Shown one piece after another: positions 23,662 through 35,015 of a DNA stretch of 38,387 nt (position 1 is the stretch's first letter; the number at the start of each line of letters is the position of its first letter). The DNA is taken from NCBI RefSeq assembly GCF_004010195.1, contig NC_057718.1:58208291-58246677 (forward strand). Reading direction: 5' to 3'. Position numbers and translations under genes: made by a program. A model generated the notes under the pieces. It had not been told where the DNA came from. It did no database searches and worked only from the letters and a program-made list of their open reading frames with translations. The stretch comes from Chiloscyllium plagiosum (lineage: Eukaryota).

Positions 23662-25441
23662 GTTTAGGAAATTGAAGACAGACAGAGCCTTAAAAGGATA
23701 CAAAAATAGCAGGAAAGAACTCAAACAAGTAATTAGGAGACCTAACAGTGGTCATGAAATGTCTCTGGCAAACAAGATTAAGGAAAATCCCAAAGCATTT
23801 TATACATATAGAAGGAACAAGAGGGTAACTAGGGAAAGGTAAATCCACTCAAGGACAAAGGAGAAAATTTATAATTGGAGCTGGAGGAAGTGGGTGAGCT
23901 CCTAAATGAATACTTGGCATTGGTATTCACAATGGAGGACATGGTGGATGGGGATTCTCAGGACAGGTATATTAATATTCTGGGACATGTCAGTATAAAA
24001 AAGGAGGAGGTTTTGGGTGTTTTAAAAAGCAGTCAGGTAGACAAATCCCCAGGACATGATGGGATCTATCCCAGAAAGCTAAGGGAGTGAAGTGAGGAAA
24101 TTGCTGATGCCTTGAATGAAATCTTTGTGTCTTCTTTAGTCACAGGAGAATAGCCAATGTTGTTCCTTCATTTAAGAAGGGCAACAGAGATAATTACAGG
24201 TTGGTGATTCTTACTCCTATCCCGAAGATGTTGTCTGCATGGACTTTAGCAAGACCTTTGGCAAGGTCCATCATGGCAGGCTGATGCAAGAAATAAAGTC
24301 ACATGGGATCCATAATGAACTGGTAGGATGGATACAGAAGATTTCACCTGACAAAGGAGCAGCGATCCAAAAGCATGTGATTTCATATAAATCTGTTGGA
24401 CTATAACCTGGAGTTGTATGACTTTTGACTTAATCATAGAAGACAGAAATTAGCAGTGGAAAAGTGTTTTTCAGACTGGAAATCTGTGGCCAGTGGTGTT
24501 CCACAGGGATCAGTGCTAGCACTTCTGTTGTAATGTATATAGAAATGATTTGGAGCAGAATGTAAGTGGTCTGAACAGTAAGTTTGTGATGACACAAGAA
24601 TTGAGGGAGCTGAGGATAGTGAGGAGATTTAGATAGACTGGAGACTTAGGCAGAAAATGGCAAATGTGAGGTAATCTGAACAAATGTGAGGTGGTGCATT
24701 TTGGAAGATCTAATACAGGAGGGAAGTATACTGCAGATGGCAGAACCGTTAGTAGTAACAACATGCAGAATGATCGAGGTGTACAGGCCCATAGTTCCCT
24801 GATAGTGATAAAACAAATGGACAAGGTGGTCAAGAAGGTATATAACATGCTTGCCTTCATCGATTGGGGCACAGAGTATAAAAATTGGCAAGCCATGTTG
24901 CAGCTTTAGTTGGGCCACATTGGGAATATTGGGTATGGTTCTGGTCACCACACTTCCGGAAGGAGGTGGAGACTTTGGAGAGGTTGCAGAAATGGCTTAC
25001 CAGATGTTGCCTCGTTTGGAGGGCATCATGAGAAGAGATTGAACAAACTTTGTTTGTTCTCACTTGAATATTGAAAGTTGAGCTGAGATTTTGTAATTTT
25101 TAAAACATTGTGAGAGCATGGATAGAATGGATAGTTGGAGTCTTTTCCAACAGGGGACATAAGTTTAAGGTAAAAGTGGGTAAGTTTAAAAGAGATATTA
25201 TAGGCAAGTTTTTTTAAACATAGGGTGGTAATTATCTGGTATGTGCTGTCGGAGGTGATGGTGGAGGCAGATACAACAGCAATGTTTAAGAGACATTTTT
25301 ACAGATATATGAATGGGAAGAGAACAGAGAGCTATGGATCGAAAAGAAGTAAAACATTTTTAGTTTAGAAAGACATCATGCGATGGCACAGTCTTGTTGG
25401 CTGAAGGCCTGTTACTGTACTGTACTGTTCTTTGGTTCTTT
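23662..25441 (+). mobile_element. CR1 LINE, 5'-truncated ORF2
   Basis: LANKIKENPKAFYTY, DKSPGHDGIYPR, MDFSKTFGKV, SGVPQGSVL, VHFGRSN; (TGTAC)/(GTTCTT) tail. Confidence 0.92.
24341..24431 (+). mobile_element. Solo Penelope pLTR fragment inside the CR1
   Basis: Homologous to the reverse complement of 37920-38005 (CACCTGA..GGAGCAGCG..AAATCTGTTGGACTATAACCTGG). Confidence 0.75.
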
Positions 25442-25844
25442 GAGTCCTTACAGGAAATAGGGTGTCACAAAACATTGTCTCGGTAATTGTGATAATCAAC
25501 GGGTTTGTCATGAATATTTATGGATATCTCTATCCCCAAAAATGGAAATAGAGAATTTAAGAAACGGAAGGGAGGAATCGAGATGGATCAGATGGAGAGG
25601 AGAGTGGAATGAAAATCGAAAGCAGAAGTGGAGATTTTCATCATGGCATTTTGTCTATGTTAGGTTTTCAGCCACAAATAGAGCCATCTCCTATCAGTGC
25701 TCATCCTGGAGCAGTACTTCCAATTTGTCACTGTAAAAGAGAGGAGTGTTATATATATGTCTCTGCTGTGCCCCGGTGATCAATTGCTCCTCTATCCTGC
25801 CTGCACTAAACTTTACTCTAAGGGCTGGCCATTAAAATTGCTCA

Positions 25845-26968
25845 TCTCTAGATCTTCCAATCTTTCGAATAACCAATCTCTGTGTACCTGAAGCCTAATC
25901 AGATTGAAAGTCAATAATGTCCTTTCAATCTCACTCCTTCTACTATGGGTGAGACCACTTATTGTAGTGCAAATCTGAAGTTAGGACCAAATATGTATTT
26001 AGAAAAGAAGAGAAACTCCAACATTGATTGCTAATGTAACACGTTGTCACACCAAGTCCATTATGTATTGCTTTCTATCCTCTACTCTCTTCCTGCAGTT
26101 TTTTTGCTGCATTTTGTTATAATTGGGAGAATTTGACTTAACAAGCATTTCTAAGTCTTGTAAGATCAAATTGTGAACAAATTCTGAATTGTAGTAATGG
26201 TTTCTTTAAAAATTTTTTCATACTAGCTGGGTTACAAACTGATCCAAGTGCTACTTTTTTCCAGGGACACTTTGAATTTTAAAGATACAATTTATATCAG
26301 GCTAGGACCATTTCCCATTGAACCGAGAAAGTTATGAGCTACCTGTTTACTTCCAGATTGTTGCACAGATACATCGTCATGCATTTTAAAGTGAACATTG
26401 GCTAACTGTTGAGGTTTTATTTGTTTAATTATTCAGAGACTCCAGAATTGAACTTTGAATGTATTGTTTTTGTCCCTTGAACCTAAACACTATGAGGCAG
26501 GTTTCTTAGATGAACCTAGCAGAACAGTCAGTGATTAAATTGGTCTGATGTAGGTTGTCCATCACTTGGAATAATTTTTGTGTGGAATGGCAGTAATTTG
26601 TAAGAAAGTGAACTTACATTTCTTTTAGAATTGCTTAACTGCTCCACATTTCACTCTGTACATAGTCCATAGATATTTGTACCTTCTGTAAAATAGTTTC
26701 AGAAAATGATGACCAAATCAAAATCAAAATGTTAACCAGAGCTATTAAAGGAATGCTGCAGGGAAGCTTCACAAAATGAGTTCTGAGTTTCTACTTTCTT
26801 CCACTTGGTCAGCTATGCTTCTAAGGTTATTTTCTAGTGTATCCTTTTTTCCACATATTTCAGTTAATTTGAGTGAGAATGAACTGTAACATTTTCCAGT
26901 GCTCATTTTAGAAGCTGCATATCATCATGACTTTGCTGATGTTCTCCATCCCTAACCAATTGAAATGC
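25845..26968 (-). pseudogene. Ig-relic segment 4
   Basis: ILQKVQI..GLC..NVEQLS..LLPFHTKIIPSDG..LFC*V..KP..WFKG-like..MFTLK..VSVQQSGS.QVAHNFLGSMGNGPSLI. Confidence 0.62.
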
Positions 26969-28330
26969 TGGCTGGAATCTTACAGGGGTCGGAGTGATAT
27001 GGGCTATGGTAAAACTGGACAAAAGGTCCGGTGAGTCCCTATCTCAACTTCGGAAGCATCTCGCTCCATCTTTTCATAAGCAGTATGACTATTTTCTGAC
27101 TAGGCAGTCTCCATATAGTGTTCCAAACTGCTGCTCATGGCATGGAGCAGAGGCACCAATTGTACAGGGGGCTTTGGCATCTGGCTTTTGTCAACCCTTC
27201 CTGACTATCCTGGCACCTCTCCAATATACTGGCTACGTACTCAGGAAGTACAGACTTGCATTGCCAGGTGCACCAACAACTTGCATTGAGACGCTGTAGA
27301 AAGGAGACTTTGAGCAGAGAGTAGGTACTCAGTTCATGGATTGGACCTTGCTGCATCACAGGGATGCTCATTCAACTAACCGCATGCTTACAGCATCTAT
27401 TCCAAATCTTGCGTTGACAATTAGGGCAGCCGTACAACCAGACAGCTTGCCTTGTTGGTCATAGTCCTCAGTTGAGGGAGCGCACACCTTGTCGTGTAGC
27501 ATCATTTCACACTTATATCATGTGCTAGCAGCATAACAAGCTAACACAGTACACGTGGGGCAAGCAAGCAGCCATGTCCAAATGGAATCCTCACCAATGT
27601 CCATGGACGTTGTCAGTCAGGGGAAGCTTGCAGAAGATTGGACAAGGTCAGGTATCCAGTCAGAGTAGTCTTAGTGAGGGGGTCCCTGTCTCTGTTATGA
27701 GGGAAATGGGTCATTGTCAGGACTGTGGCTCCATAGATGATAGTCTGGGAGGTGGATGTTAAGGTGAATATAATTAGAGAAATGTATATCCATCAGGTAA
27801 GGGACTGTGCACGTCTCATCTAGGGCTGTTCAGTTTAATTGCTCAAGGGGGTAGGTTGCAGTCAACAGAAATTTGGACAAGGGATGTTGGAGAAGCAAGG
27901 GTGGTGGTTGCCATGGGAAATGATTAAGCTGTCAGGACTAGGGGCTGCAGGCTGGGTGGAACATGGGAACACAGTTGTGATGCGACAACAGTAAACATTG
28001 CTGGGAAAGGGGGAGTTGTGAATGGCAATGGATTGCCCACAGTCAGGATCATGCCAGATCAAGGAGAAGGACAGTATGTTACTGCACTGAGCATGATCAC
28101 TTCATTTGCCTGAGGCTGTGTGGGAAAGCTGGGCAGGGCTAGGGGCATATAGGTGGGTTGGGCAAGGATTTCAGAGATGTGGAGGCTCTGGGGTTTATGG
28201 CTGGGTTACCAGGAGGGGAGTTTGATGTTCAGAGTCTCAGCCACTAGCCGAGCAGCACTCACTGGCATTTTCCATCAGGATGGAAATGGAAAGTCGGCAA
28301 TGGAGAAAAAACTGGCTCCATCCATACCCG
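26968..28330. mobile_element. Degenerate Harbinger-like DNA transposon relic
   Basis: GGCTGGAATCTTAC terminus, GC-richer composition, interrupts the Ig relic; protein similarity weak. Confidence 0.4.
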
Positions 28331-28747
28331 GAGTGGGCAGAGAAAGTGGCTCAACCAGTCATCAGTGGGGGCTACAATTAACACCGATCATGGACTTTTA
28401 AAGAGAACAAATATTGTACACAGACTGAGATACTGTCCAGAACACAGACCTGTGGGCTCCCCAATCCCCAGGGTTATTGTGTCGCAACAACCCACCATCG
28501 ACATTGCTGAACAGCACATTGACAACTACACTGTTGGACACAGACACCACAAAAGAATAGGAATGTTGCACAAGGAGGGCCAAAATTGTTTGTATGACCC
28601 AATTACCTATCTACATATTGTTCTTCTTGCTTCCAGATGGCGCTGGCAGTCTCTCAGCACAGACTGCATTCCATGGTACATTGTGTGTGGCCATGTAGTT
28701 CAGCTTCATGCTAGAACAGTTACATTCAGGGCTATACAAAATGACTA
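28330..28747 (-). pseudogene. Ig-relic segment 3
   Basis: LNVTV/EAELHG..TMECSL...AIWKQ...VVVNVLFSNVDG/GCCDT, read across frameshifts. Confidence 0.5.
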
Positions 28748-29553
28748 GGAGAAAGTGAGGACTGCAGATGCTGGAGATCAGAGCTGAAAATGTGTTGCTG
28801 GAAAANNNNNNNNNNNNNNNNNNNNNNNNNNNNNNNNNNNNNNNNNNNNNNNNNNNNNNNNNNNNNNNNNNNNNNNNNNNNNNNNNNNNNNNNNNNNNNN
28901 NNNNNNNNNNNNNNNNNNNNNNNNNNNNNNNNNNNNNNNNNNNNNNNNNNNNNNNNNNNNNNNNNNNNNNNNNNNNNNNNNNNNNNNNNNNNNNNNNNNN
29001 NNNNNNNNNNNNNNNNNNNNNNNNNNNNNNNNNNNNNNNNNNNNNNNNNNNNNNNNNNNNNNNNNNNNNNNNNNNNNNNNNNNNNNNNNNNNNNNNNNNN
29101 NNNNNNNNNNNNNNNNNNNNNNNNNNNNNNNNNNNNNNNNNNNNNNNNNNNNNNNNNNNNNNNNNNNNNNNNNNNNNNNNNNNNNNNNNNNNNNNNNNNN
29201 NNNNNNNNNNNNNNNNNNNNNNNNNNNNNNNNNNNNNNNNNNNNNNNNNNNNNNNNNNNNNNNNNNNNNNNNNNNNNNNNNNNNNNNNNNNNNNNNNNNN
29301 NNNNNNNNNNNNNNNNNNNNNNNNNNNNNNNNNNNNNNNNNNNNNNNNNNNNNNNNNNNNNNNNNNNNNNNNNNNNNNNNNNNNNNNNNNNGGTCCGTTT
29401 GGAGGTGGCGGAAATGACGACGGATGATATGATGTATATGGAGGTTGGTGGGGTGGTAGGTGAGGACCAGTGGGGTTCTGTCCTGGTGGCGATTGGAGGG
29501 ACTGGGCTCAAGGGCGGAGGAGCGGGAAGTGGAAGAGATGCAGTGGAGATGAG
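28748..29553 (-). mobile_element. 5'-truncated Penelope-like element (gap 28806-29391), TSD ATGACTA
   Basis: Same terminus as 4366; minus frame HRISSTSRSSALEP..DRTPLVLTYHPTNL..RHFRHLQTD; TSD at 28741-28747 and 29554-29560. Confidence 0.85.
28806..29391. other. Assembly gap
   Basis: N run. Confidence 1.
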
Positions 29554-29589
29554 ATGACTAACAATCAGACATAAGTTGAAATCAATGAC

Positions 29590-31268
29590 GTTTATAAAAA
29601 AGAACAAAATGAATCAATGAATCAATGAATTGTCATCTGTGCCATGAATTGCCCTGAATCTATTTTCTTCTTCCTCTCCCTCCCAGTCTGACCTTGTGTA
29701 GTCCCTCATTCCACAGCTGGGTGGCCGGGCCCTGTTCAGCAGTGGACTCTGGAAGTTTGGGTGGGTAACCCAGGAGTGTGTTTGTGTCTGACAAGTCAGA
29801 CATGCAGAGGGTCTTCTTGTCAGTTGACTTCCCTCGGCGGGAACCTTCAAAGACTGGAGTAGCAGGCAGAGCAGAGATAGAGGGCCTGAGCACCTTCGGA
29901 GTACCCTGAGAGGAGACCTCTGAGGGAGCTGTGTATGGTTCCTCCTCTGGTTTGTGCCTCCTGGAACTTCTCTGTCTCCTTGTGAGGAGGGGGAGGAGAG
30001 GTTACCTGCAGAGTGTGCCAGGATACCCTTCTCCCTCCGTTGCCAAATCTGCAGGCCTAAGGACCAATGGCCAGGCACACAATGGCAAAGCTCTTTATGG
30101 CAACCACCAGCCTGTCCATGGAGACAGATGGTCACATGACTCGCTGCCCTGCTGCAGCTTCAGGGCAATGAGGGCCATTCTCTCCCAATCCCTGCCTGCT
30201 GCTGCTATTCCTCCCTCTGCCTGTGGGTGAAGTCCCTGGTTACAGACATCACAGAGTCCTCTCCTGCCTGGGCCGAAGGATCTCTGGCAGGCCTCCAAGT
30301 GACAGGACCCGGGGACATTTCTTCCCCAGCCAACTATAGAACTGTGAGAGTGAGGTGCTCACCAGCTTGTAATCCATGCCATCTACACCTAACGTTCCCA
30401 CAGTGGGATCAGTGACTGAGCTGGTGCAGGGTGCAGGAGGCAGTCTCGCCAATGCTTCCTCTGACGTCATGGTACTTCAGAATTGTGGTGGCTTCTGGGG
30501 CAGTTGGCTAGTTTATCATGATGCAAGTAGTTGTGCTGACTGTATCTGGAAGCCACAAGAGAAAAAAAAATGATTAGAAGTAGCATGTAATGGAAGATAT
30601 TGATGGCAGTGTTAATATAAACAGTGAAGTGGATGGCGAGCGGTATTTATTCATGTTGGTGGGACATGGATGCGTCAGCATTCTCGTAGGAGCCATCCTA
30701 ATTTTCTTCTGAGAGGACCAGCATTTTCTCTTTGTAGGTGCTGTGGAGTGTATGTCAGGCACTCCCCCATCCTTATGGGCACTGTCTGCCCTGTTGTGGT
30801 CTAATGTCTCCTGTCAGGAGAGAAAGGGAGGGATTGAGTGAAATGAAAGTAGGTGGCACAGCTCTGGGTGAAAGACGGTGAATGTTCTGAGGGAGTGAGG
30901 AGGCATGGCAGTGTCCATGTAAGGTTAATAGTGAATGAGGTTAGGGTGGTGAGAATGGGTGAGGGAAGCGTTTCAGGCAATGGTGAGAGTGGAAGAACTT
31001 GAGCCTTGGTGGGAGGTGGATGAAGGAGCAGAGATGGTATGAGGTGGCAGAGAGAAAAGGGTGGCAATTACCCTGGCATGGCAAAGTATGTCACTGACCT
31101 TCTTGTGGTACTACTGGCCACTCCTCTAGACTGTGGATATAGCACTGACCCCGTTGGTGACCTTGAAACATGCAGCTAGAATCTGTTAGTGAGGCCTCCT
31201 CTCTGAGGACAGCCCTCCTTTGCCCTACTTCCTCCACCAGGACTTTCAGGGCTCTGTTGGAGAATCAC
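29590..31268 (-). mobile_element. Harbinger Myb/SANT-like accessory gene relic with three recognisable exons
   Basis: Exon 1 FSNRALKVLVEEVGQRRAVL..VSAIST..RSGQ*YHKKVSDILCHAR|gtaatt; exon 2 after ctgacag| ETLDHNRA..DGGVPDI; exon 3 after ttccag| at ~30545. Confidence 0.7.
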
Positions 31269-31649
31269 TTTTTCCATTTCCCATATGTTCACAATCTGTC
31301 TTTGAGTGATCATGCCAACTTCAGAATGTTAGTGCATTTCTGGGGGCACATAGACCTCGAGATAACAGGGGTTCAAGGAATACCAATCTTTTGATGCTAA
31401 GTAATGAGTTGCTCTGGGAACAGCATGTGGCTTGATGGGACAGGAATTGAACATGAGGGACAACATTAGTACTTAATGTGGTGGGTTTGATAAGATATAG
31501 CATCAGCAGAGTGGGAAATTAAGCTTTCTTTTCAAGACTGCATTATCAGCAGTGAATACGCAATATTAAGTTGAACACAGTACAAGAAAGTAGAGGTTCC
31601 ACCTGTGGGGCTTTGATTAGTAAAGAAACAGCAAGTAAAAGGGCAAGTG

Positions 31650-32258
31650 AGTTTTGAGAAGATTTGTAGTTCAGGTTGAGGTTCTGGATATATTAAACAC
31701 ACTAAAATAGCAGCTAATGAATTTGACAACAAGCAAATTCATACAGACAACAAGCAAAACTAATGTCATCTACAAAATACCTTGCAAGAACTGTAACAAA
31801 CACTACATTGGACAAACAGGCAGAAAGCTAGCCACCAGGGCACATGAACATCAACTAGCCACACAATGACATGACCCATTCCCACTAGTATCCTTACATA
31901 CAGATGAGGAAGGACACCACTTTGACTGGAACAACACATCCATCCTAGGACGAGCCAAACAGAGGCATGCACGAGACTCCTAGAAGCATGGTATTCCAAC
32001 TGGAACTCTATCAACAATTACATTGACTTGGATCCCATTGACCACCCCCTGAGGAAAAAAAGAACAGGAAATGACATCACCATAGGATATGATTTCACCA
32101 CAGGAAATAACATCATCAACCCAAGGAAATTCAAACATATAAATAGAAAGCAGGTTATACCTTCAGTGCTTCATTCAGAGGTTCACTGAAGATGTTACCT
32201 GGTATGGTGATGAAACATCTGAAAAAGAACCTTCCAGCTCAGCAAACAAACTTACATC
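31650..32258 (+). mobile_element. Penelope-like element: GIY-YIG endonuclease plus 3' UTR, inverted 3' terminus at 31650-31692, 14-bp TSD
   Basis: NVIYKIPCKNCNKHYIGQTGRKLATR.HEH..HHFDW..ILG..LEAW..SIN; TSD TAAAA(G/A)GGCAAGTG at 31636-31649 and 32259-32272. Confidence 0.9.
32182..32223 (+). ncRNA. Minimal type I hammerhead ribozyme motif (decayed)
   Basis: TTCA-CTGAAGA-T-GTTACC-tggtat-GGTGAT-GAAAC-ATC-TGAA; stems I and II pair; GTC appears as ATC (CpG decay). Confidence 0.7.
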
Positions 32259-33049
32259 TAAAAAGGCAAGTGTTGCATTCTTCTGAACTTGTAGAGAATG
32301 GTGCATTAGGAAGGGAATAAAGGGCTTGGTAATAGCATCAAGTTTGAATTGATGCGACTGCCTGGAACTACCAGGAGAAGAAAAGGAGAATAAGGAATCC
32401 TATGCTGTTAATAAAATGACACCTCAGGACACTGTTATTCTTTTGCCAGCTCCTGGCAGTTTGAATACTTTCCTCAAGTGTGTTAAATCTTCACCAATAA
32501 TAGATAATCTTCCGTGACAAGTAGAATAGTTGCACTGCCCAGCAATTCAGACAAAGCAAAGCTCATTATGGTTTGTAGGAAAACCACTAAGAGCACATGG
32601 AAAATATAAAACTTTATTCACTGAGTTTTATGACAAGGCCAGGTTGTTTTGTGGAGTTGTGTTGAGTCTGAAGATCTTTAATAATTGTGGATTAACTCCC
32701 ATTCCAGGATTCCCTCCCCTATTCCTAACACTTGCAATTTTTGCTTGTGGATAAAAGTGTGGTAGACAGCTCTCACCCTTCAATTCTGAATTAGTTGGTT
32801 CCATTGCTGAATGGATATCTTGTTCACCAATTCAATTTTCATGTCATCAAGCCATTTTCATGAAGACAGAGAGTTCATCACCCATCCAGGGCCTGTGAAC
32901 TGAGGGCTTTCCCTTTCTTCCAGACCAGAATAACATATATTCTAAAAGGAGCCAGTTTATGGAGCCCTTTTTGAATCAACAAGAGTGAGTTTATTGATTA
33001 CTTATCATGAGAATAGATATGAGATGAGTCCAAAAAGTTAAAAGTCAGA

Positions 33050-33700
33050 AAAAAACATTAAAAATCTAACAGGAGCAGGTGGTAGCTGTGACAGAGAGCA
33101 ATAAGCAAGGGAGCTGAGCAGTGATGCAGGAGGGTGTGTGGAGGGTGTGTGGAGGGGCAGCCACAGCAAAAAAAAACTCTCACTGGAAAAGAAAGAACGT
33201 CTTTGGTGAAATGAGGGAGATGAATCAGACAAACAGATTCCTCAGCCCAATGTAACCCACATGGTTATTTCTTGTTTGTCCTTAGTTTTCCTTCTTGTTT
33301 GTAATGACCTAATGCTAGTGGAATAAAGAACTCTGCTTCGTGATCTTTGGGCTGTCCATGTGTTTAAAACTTAAGTTGAATATGAACCAGTCTTTGAATT
33401 GTATGTGTACGGCTGTTGTTTGGTAACATTGACATGGGCAGGAGAACAGATGAATTTCAAAGGTTTTAATTTGTTTTAGGGGTCAGCAGCAGGGATGGGG
33501 AGGTGGCTGTCAGTGGAGCCTCTGCTTTCTGAAGCTCAGTCCTTCAATCAGACATTGAGTTCACCAGTGTTTGTTTGTCACGTTTCCTGCATTGTAGTTC
33601 CTCACTGGTCGCTGGCAACAGGTTAAGGCCCTTAGTTGGCCTTCTAAAGACTTCAATTAACAGTGAGTGAGAAGACCCTGACATGAACATGGATTTAATT
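33050..33700. mobile_element. Degenerate Harbinger-like relic
   Basis: Shares an AAGGCCCTTA..TGGCC..AATTAA-type motif with ~22480 and ~36075; interrupts the Ig relic. Confidence 0.35.
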
Positions 33701-34687
33701 CCATCAAAGGTTTGGATGTTGAGGAGAGGTTAGGGGTCTGAAATACTCAACCTTGAAATGGTGATTGGGAGTACTGCAAATGGGCTTGCTACCCTTATCT
33801 AACAATTAGGTGGGACTCTCAGTCTGTGAATTTTAAAACCCTTGTACCTTCATTTTAACATGGGCAGAGGCATGAATGTCCAAGTTTACACCTTAAATAG
33901 TGCAGAGGTATTCCATTCTTCACCCTCCTGAGGTCTGTCTCTTACCCTTTCCTGAGTAGACCTTCTTTCTCTCAGCACATCTTTGAGGAGGGACACTACA
34001 ATTCTTGACAACACCCTTTACCCTCCCCCACCCCACAGTAAGTTATACTGCCAAAGTCACAAAACATCATACCTGAGGATAGCAACCCCAACACATAAAC
34101 CAGAAAATTTATTTTCCATTCTATTAATTTAGACACATTATGCCAAGATGTTTGATATTTTTCAGCCTGTAAGTAATCTATATAATGCAATTATCTAGCC
34201 TACAAGACTAGGTGTTACAATTTAATTTATATATAAATTAAATCCATAAAAGAAACAACTCAATGCATAATCCTAACTGACAGCAACCTGCTATAATAAT
34301 GTAGAAGAAAATATTTCTTTCACCCTCGGCCAGTTATTATAAGCAGCAGAGCCAGCTGATGTGGTCATCTATTAGTAAAAAATAAATGCAGTACAATACC
34401 ATTTTCTGAAATAGATTACAAGGAAATCTTGGGGCAATAACAACGACAACAATTAGCACTGACTTAATGTATTTAACACAGAAAAATGTCCCAATACATT
34501 TCACTTCATAAGAAGTGATACCAAGTGAAATTTGTACCCCATGTTTAATTTTGTTGGCAAAATGACTATCCTTTGGAAATGCTGACTAAGGGAATATGGA
34601 TTTGATAATGTGGATGCTAATATGGATTTTTAAAAAGTTCATCTGTGCTATTTCTTACTGCAGTTGCTAACTAGATCTGCTCAGTTA

Positions 34688-35015
34688 GGGGTGGCACGGT
34701 GGCACAGTGGTTAGCACTGCTGTCTCACAGCGCCAGTGACCCGGGTTCAATTCCCGCCTCAGGCGACTGTCTGTGTGGAGTTTGCACATTCTCCCCGTGT
34801 CTGCGTGGGTTTCCTCCGGGTGCTCCGGTTTCCTCCCACAGTCCGAAAATGTGCAGGTTAGGTGAATTGGCTGTGCTAAGTTGTCCGTAGTGTTAGGTGA
34901 AGGGGTAAATGTCGGGGAATGGGTCTGGGTGGGTTACGCTTCGGCGGGTCGGTGTGGACTTGTTGGGCTGAAGGGCCTGTTTCCACACTGTAAAGTAATC
35001 TAATCTAATCTAAAA
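34688..35015 (+). mobile_element. Young full-length HE1 V-SINE
   Basis: Intact A/B boxes (TGGCACAGTGG, GGTTCAATTCC), CpG-rich V-domain, (TAATC)n tail. Confidence 0.95.

Larger units (their letters stand above)
22673..25650 (-). mobile_element. Penelope-like element (pLTR, GIY-YIG C-terminus, part of RT) hosting nested insertions
   Basis: EGQNLNINLGTLQPSELNI matches the PLE endonuclease C-terminus; hammerhead-like motif at 22731-22768; sequence resumes at 25442 (GAGTCCTTACAGGAA). Confidence 0.75.
31268..34687 (-). pseudogene. Ig-relic segment 2 (mostly V-set domains; interrupted by a Penelope element and a Harbinger-like relic)
   Basis: WYCTAF; DYALSCFF..VG*; LLSSGMMFCDFGS..GEGKG; ILVWKKG..RYPFSNGT..FRIEG..PGMG; NSVNKVLYFPCALSGFP..FV*; FTCCFF..; SNSLLSIKRLVF..GLC; MGNGKS. 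Confidence 0.65.

Noticed and set aside
28627..28645. CTCF-like motif TTGCTTCCAGATGGCGCTG
   Set aside because: Two mismatches in the core 5' positions, and it is explained as the antisense of relic codons (SAIWKQ); no functional evidence.
28365..28748. 127-aa plus-strand ORF
   Set aside because: No recognisable motif; it is antisense to Ig-relic segment 3.
28732..29607. Longest ORFs in the track (219-291 aa), and the ORFs at 4544-4903
   Set aside because: Artefacts of reading through N gaps inside Penelope elements.
29614..30470. Cluster of GC-richer ORFs on both strands
   Set aside because: Low-complexity exon 3 of the decayed Harbinger Myb-like gene, not a host gene.
34688..34770. tRNA-like sequence with A and B boxes
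   Set aside because: Head of an HE1 SINE, not a tRNA gene; the same applies to the other SINE heads.
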